DNA from: Candidatus Poribacteria bacterium
GTDB taxonomy: Bacteria; Poribacteria; WGA-4E; WGA-3G
Length of the DNA: 64,000 nt
Reading direction: 5' to 3'
NCBI GenBank assembly: GCA_965215265.1
Contig: OZ244048.1
Coordinates: 3,904,001 to 3,968,000, forward strand
Shown here: piece by piece, positions 62,295-64,000 of the stretch
Layout: every line of letters begins with the position of its first letter
How positions within the stretch are numbered: the stretch's first letter is position 1
Translations under genes and position numbers: made by a program
Notes under the pieces: model-generated
Database searches by the model: none
The model's input: only the letters and a program-made list of their open reading frames with translations
Told to the model about the DNA's origin: nothing

Positions 62295-63089
62295 TTACTT
62301 TCGGTATGTCTTCATGCTTCCCCAGGTTGTCGCCAGTTTTCCGGCTGGTTGGACGGGTAGAAATTCGCCATCTTTAATCTCATTAATTTCTGCTGCGCTA
62401 ATGATTCGATTAAAGAGAAACACCTCGTCAATGATGCCGGTGAAGAATTCTTCGCCGGGGTGCCGTGCGCCGACCATAACGGAGCCGTCAATTTCATCAA
62501 CGACGGGTGGCTTATTCCCACCGCCTGCTTTTTTTCCATCGTTGTAAATCACAATCTCCGATTTTGTGTCATGTGTGACAGCGAGATGTACCCAATCCTC
62601 AGGTTGGATATCATCAGTGACTGCTTTTTGTGCCCAGGCACCACCGGAGGTTGACCAGAAATAGGTTTTGGAGTCGCCTTTTTTAAAAATGGAAGCCCAT
62701 TTGAGAGACCCGGCGGTCACCATGTAATTCCAATCCCGAATTTGGTCGTCTCCACGTTTGACCCAGAAAGCGATAGAAAACTGTTCAGTCAGTTGCAAGG
62801 TGTCGTTGATTGGAACCATGACGTGCTGTCCTTTTGTTCCATCAAATTCAAGCGCCTTGCCGAACTGACCATCCACCCAGGTCGGGTTTTTGATGAGTTC
62901 GCCATCATGCCCATGAACAGACCCATCCTTGGCATTTCCGCCTTGTCCTTCATCAAAGGAGAGGTACAGTACGAGCGATTTATCATCCAAAGCTGCATGT
63001 GATGCGGTTGCGCTGCTGAGCAGCAGGATAATCGGAACGATATAAAATGCTACAGATTTCAGAAGACAATTCCCGCTCAATTTCAACAT
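62295..63089 (-). CDS. Secreted LamG-like jellyroll protein
   Basis: LVLYLSFDEG, WVDGQFGKALEFDG, WVHLAVT, FTGIIDEV, tail VQPAGKLATTWGSMK. Confidence 0.9.
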   Translation of the reverse strand: MLKLSGNCLLKSVAFYIVPIILLLSSATASHAALDDKSLVLYLSFDEGQGGNAKDGSVHGHDGELIKNPTWVDGQFGKALEFDGTKGQHVMVPINDTLQLTEQFSIAFWVKRGDDQIRDWNYMVTAGSLKWASIFKKGDSKTYFWSTSGGAWAQKAVTDDIQPEDWVHLAVTHDTKSEIVIYNDGKKAGGGNKPPVVDEIDGSVMVGARHPGEEFFTGIIDEVFLFNRIISAAEINEIKDGEFLPVQPAGKLATTWGSMKTYRK

Positions 63090-63132
63090 GGTAGGTTCCT
63101 CCGGTACTATTTTTAAAAGCGGCTTGAAGTTT

Positions 63133-64000
63133 CTACTCGCATGCGCCACATTTCTTGCAAACCGCCGTATCACATTCACTCGTCATAAACCCTTTTTCGT
63201 GTTTATTGAATTCGAGTTGTAGAAATTGGGGTTTAACGTTGAGGTCTAGATGATCCCAGGCGTTGGTTTCATGAAGTGGACGTTGGCGTAACGCGTAAAA
63301 ATCGGGCGCAATTCCGTGTGTCCGGAACGCATGATTCCAGGATGCACCATGCGCGAGTTCTAATATAACTTTCCCGAGTCGCCGGTCTCCTCGTGCGAAA
63401 ACGGCTTCTTGATATGCGAGCCTAGCACTTGCAGAGCCGACCTTAATACTTCCCAGCTTGTTAATTTCTCTTTTGAGAAAATTGAGTTTTCGCGCAATGG
63501 TTTTGGGCGGTTCCATCGCAACCCATTGGAAAGGTGTCTGTGGCTTAGGCACCATAGGCGAAATTGTGAAGTTGATTCGTCCCATCCTTCCGGTTCGCTT
63601 GGCATAGGGGAGTAAAATTCTGCGCATCTCCTTTGCCATATCTGCGATCGCTGTTACATCAGCGTGTGTTTCATAAGGGACACCAATCAGGAAGTACAAG
63701 CGTAAATTGAGAATGTCGCGTTTCAATGCTTCTTCAAAGATATAATAAAGACGTTCCCGCGGAATAGCTTTGTTAACGACTTTTTGTAAGTTCTCGGTTG
63801 CGACTTCCGGCGCGATGGTAATCGTGCCTTGTTCGCTGTCAGCGAGGGCATTCAATAGAGGTGCGCGCACTGTCTCTGCACGAAGTGAGGCACAGGAAAT
63901 GCGGAACCCGCGTTCAACCAGTCGTGTGGCAATTGCATCAATTTGCGGATGGTCGGAAATAGAAGCACCGACTAATCCAATCCTATCGGTTATGCCTTGT
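63133..64000 (-). CDS. Radical SAM protein, C-terminal part (continues past the window end)
   Basis: RIGLVGASISDHP, ASLRAE, TIAPE, LYFLIGVPYET, PMVPKPQTPFQW, C-terminal CxxxxCxxCGAC. Confidence 0.82.
   Translation of the reverse strand, partial: QGITDRIGLVGASISDHPQIDAIATRLVERGFRISCASLRAETVRAPLLNALADSEQGTITIAPEVATENLQKVVNKAIPRERLYYIFEEALKRDILNLRLYFLIGVPYETHADVTAIADMAKEMRRILLPYAKRTGRMGRINFTISPMVPKPQTPFQWVAMEPPKTIARKLNFLKREINKLGSIKVGSASARLAYQEAVFARGDRRLGKVILELAHGASWNHAFRTHGIAPDFYALRQRPLHETNAWDHLDLNVKPQFLQLEFNKHEKGFMTSECDTAVCKKCGACE

Overview
This is a 64-kb bacterial chromosomal segment. The gene content suggests Candidatus Poribacteria or a similar sponge-symbiont lineage (inference): two PhyH dioxygenases, two CBM9/DUF5916 proteins, three LamG proteins with a shared C-terminal tail, CRTAC1/TPR, WD40 and an FGE-sulfatase remnant. 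Housekeeping and catabolic genes (thiO, aroA, moaB, tsaB, DapA family, rhamnonate-dehydratase-like, ABC pair) surround two accessory regions. (1) About 5.7-7.45 kb is an A-rich cluster of tiny paralogous ORFs built from repeated hairpin+RBS units. (2) About 17.8-31.2 kb is a rearranged island. It holds a deleted IS4-type element, an orphan 2-repeat CRISPR mini-array and a duplicated ~650-bp sigma-54 promoter cassette. It also holds a 16-Cys secreted peptide operon, a divergent sigma-54 operon and its likely cognate enhancer-binding protein. A ~60-bp hairpin occurs in both accessory regions and is present in one promoter-cassette copy but absent from the other. Also present are three DNA methyltransferases (one HEAT-fused) and a tRNA-Ala lacking half of its T-stem. 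Several single-base homopolymer frameshifts may be assembly errors.
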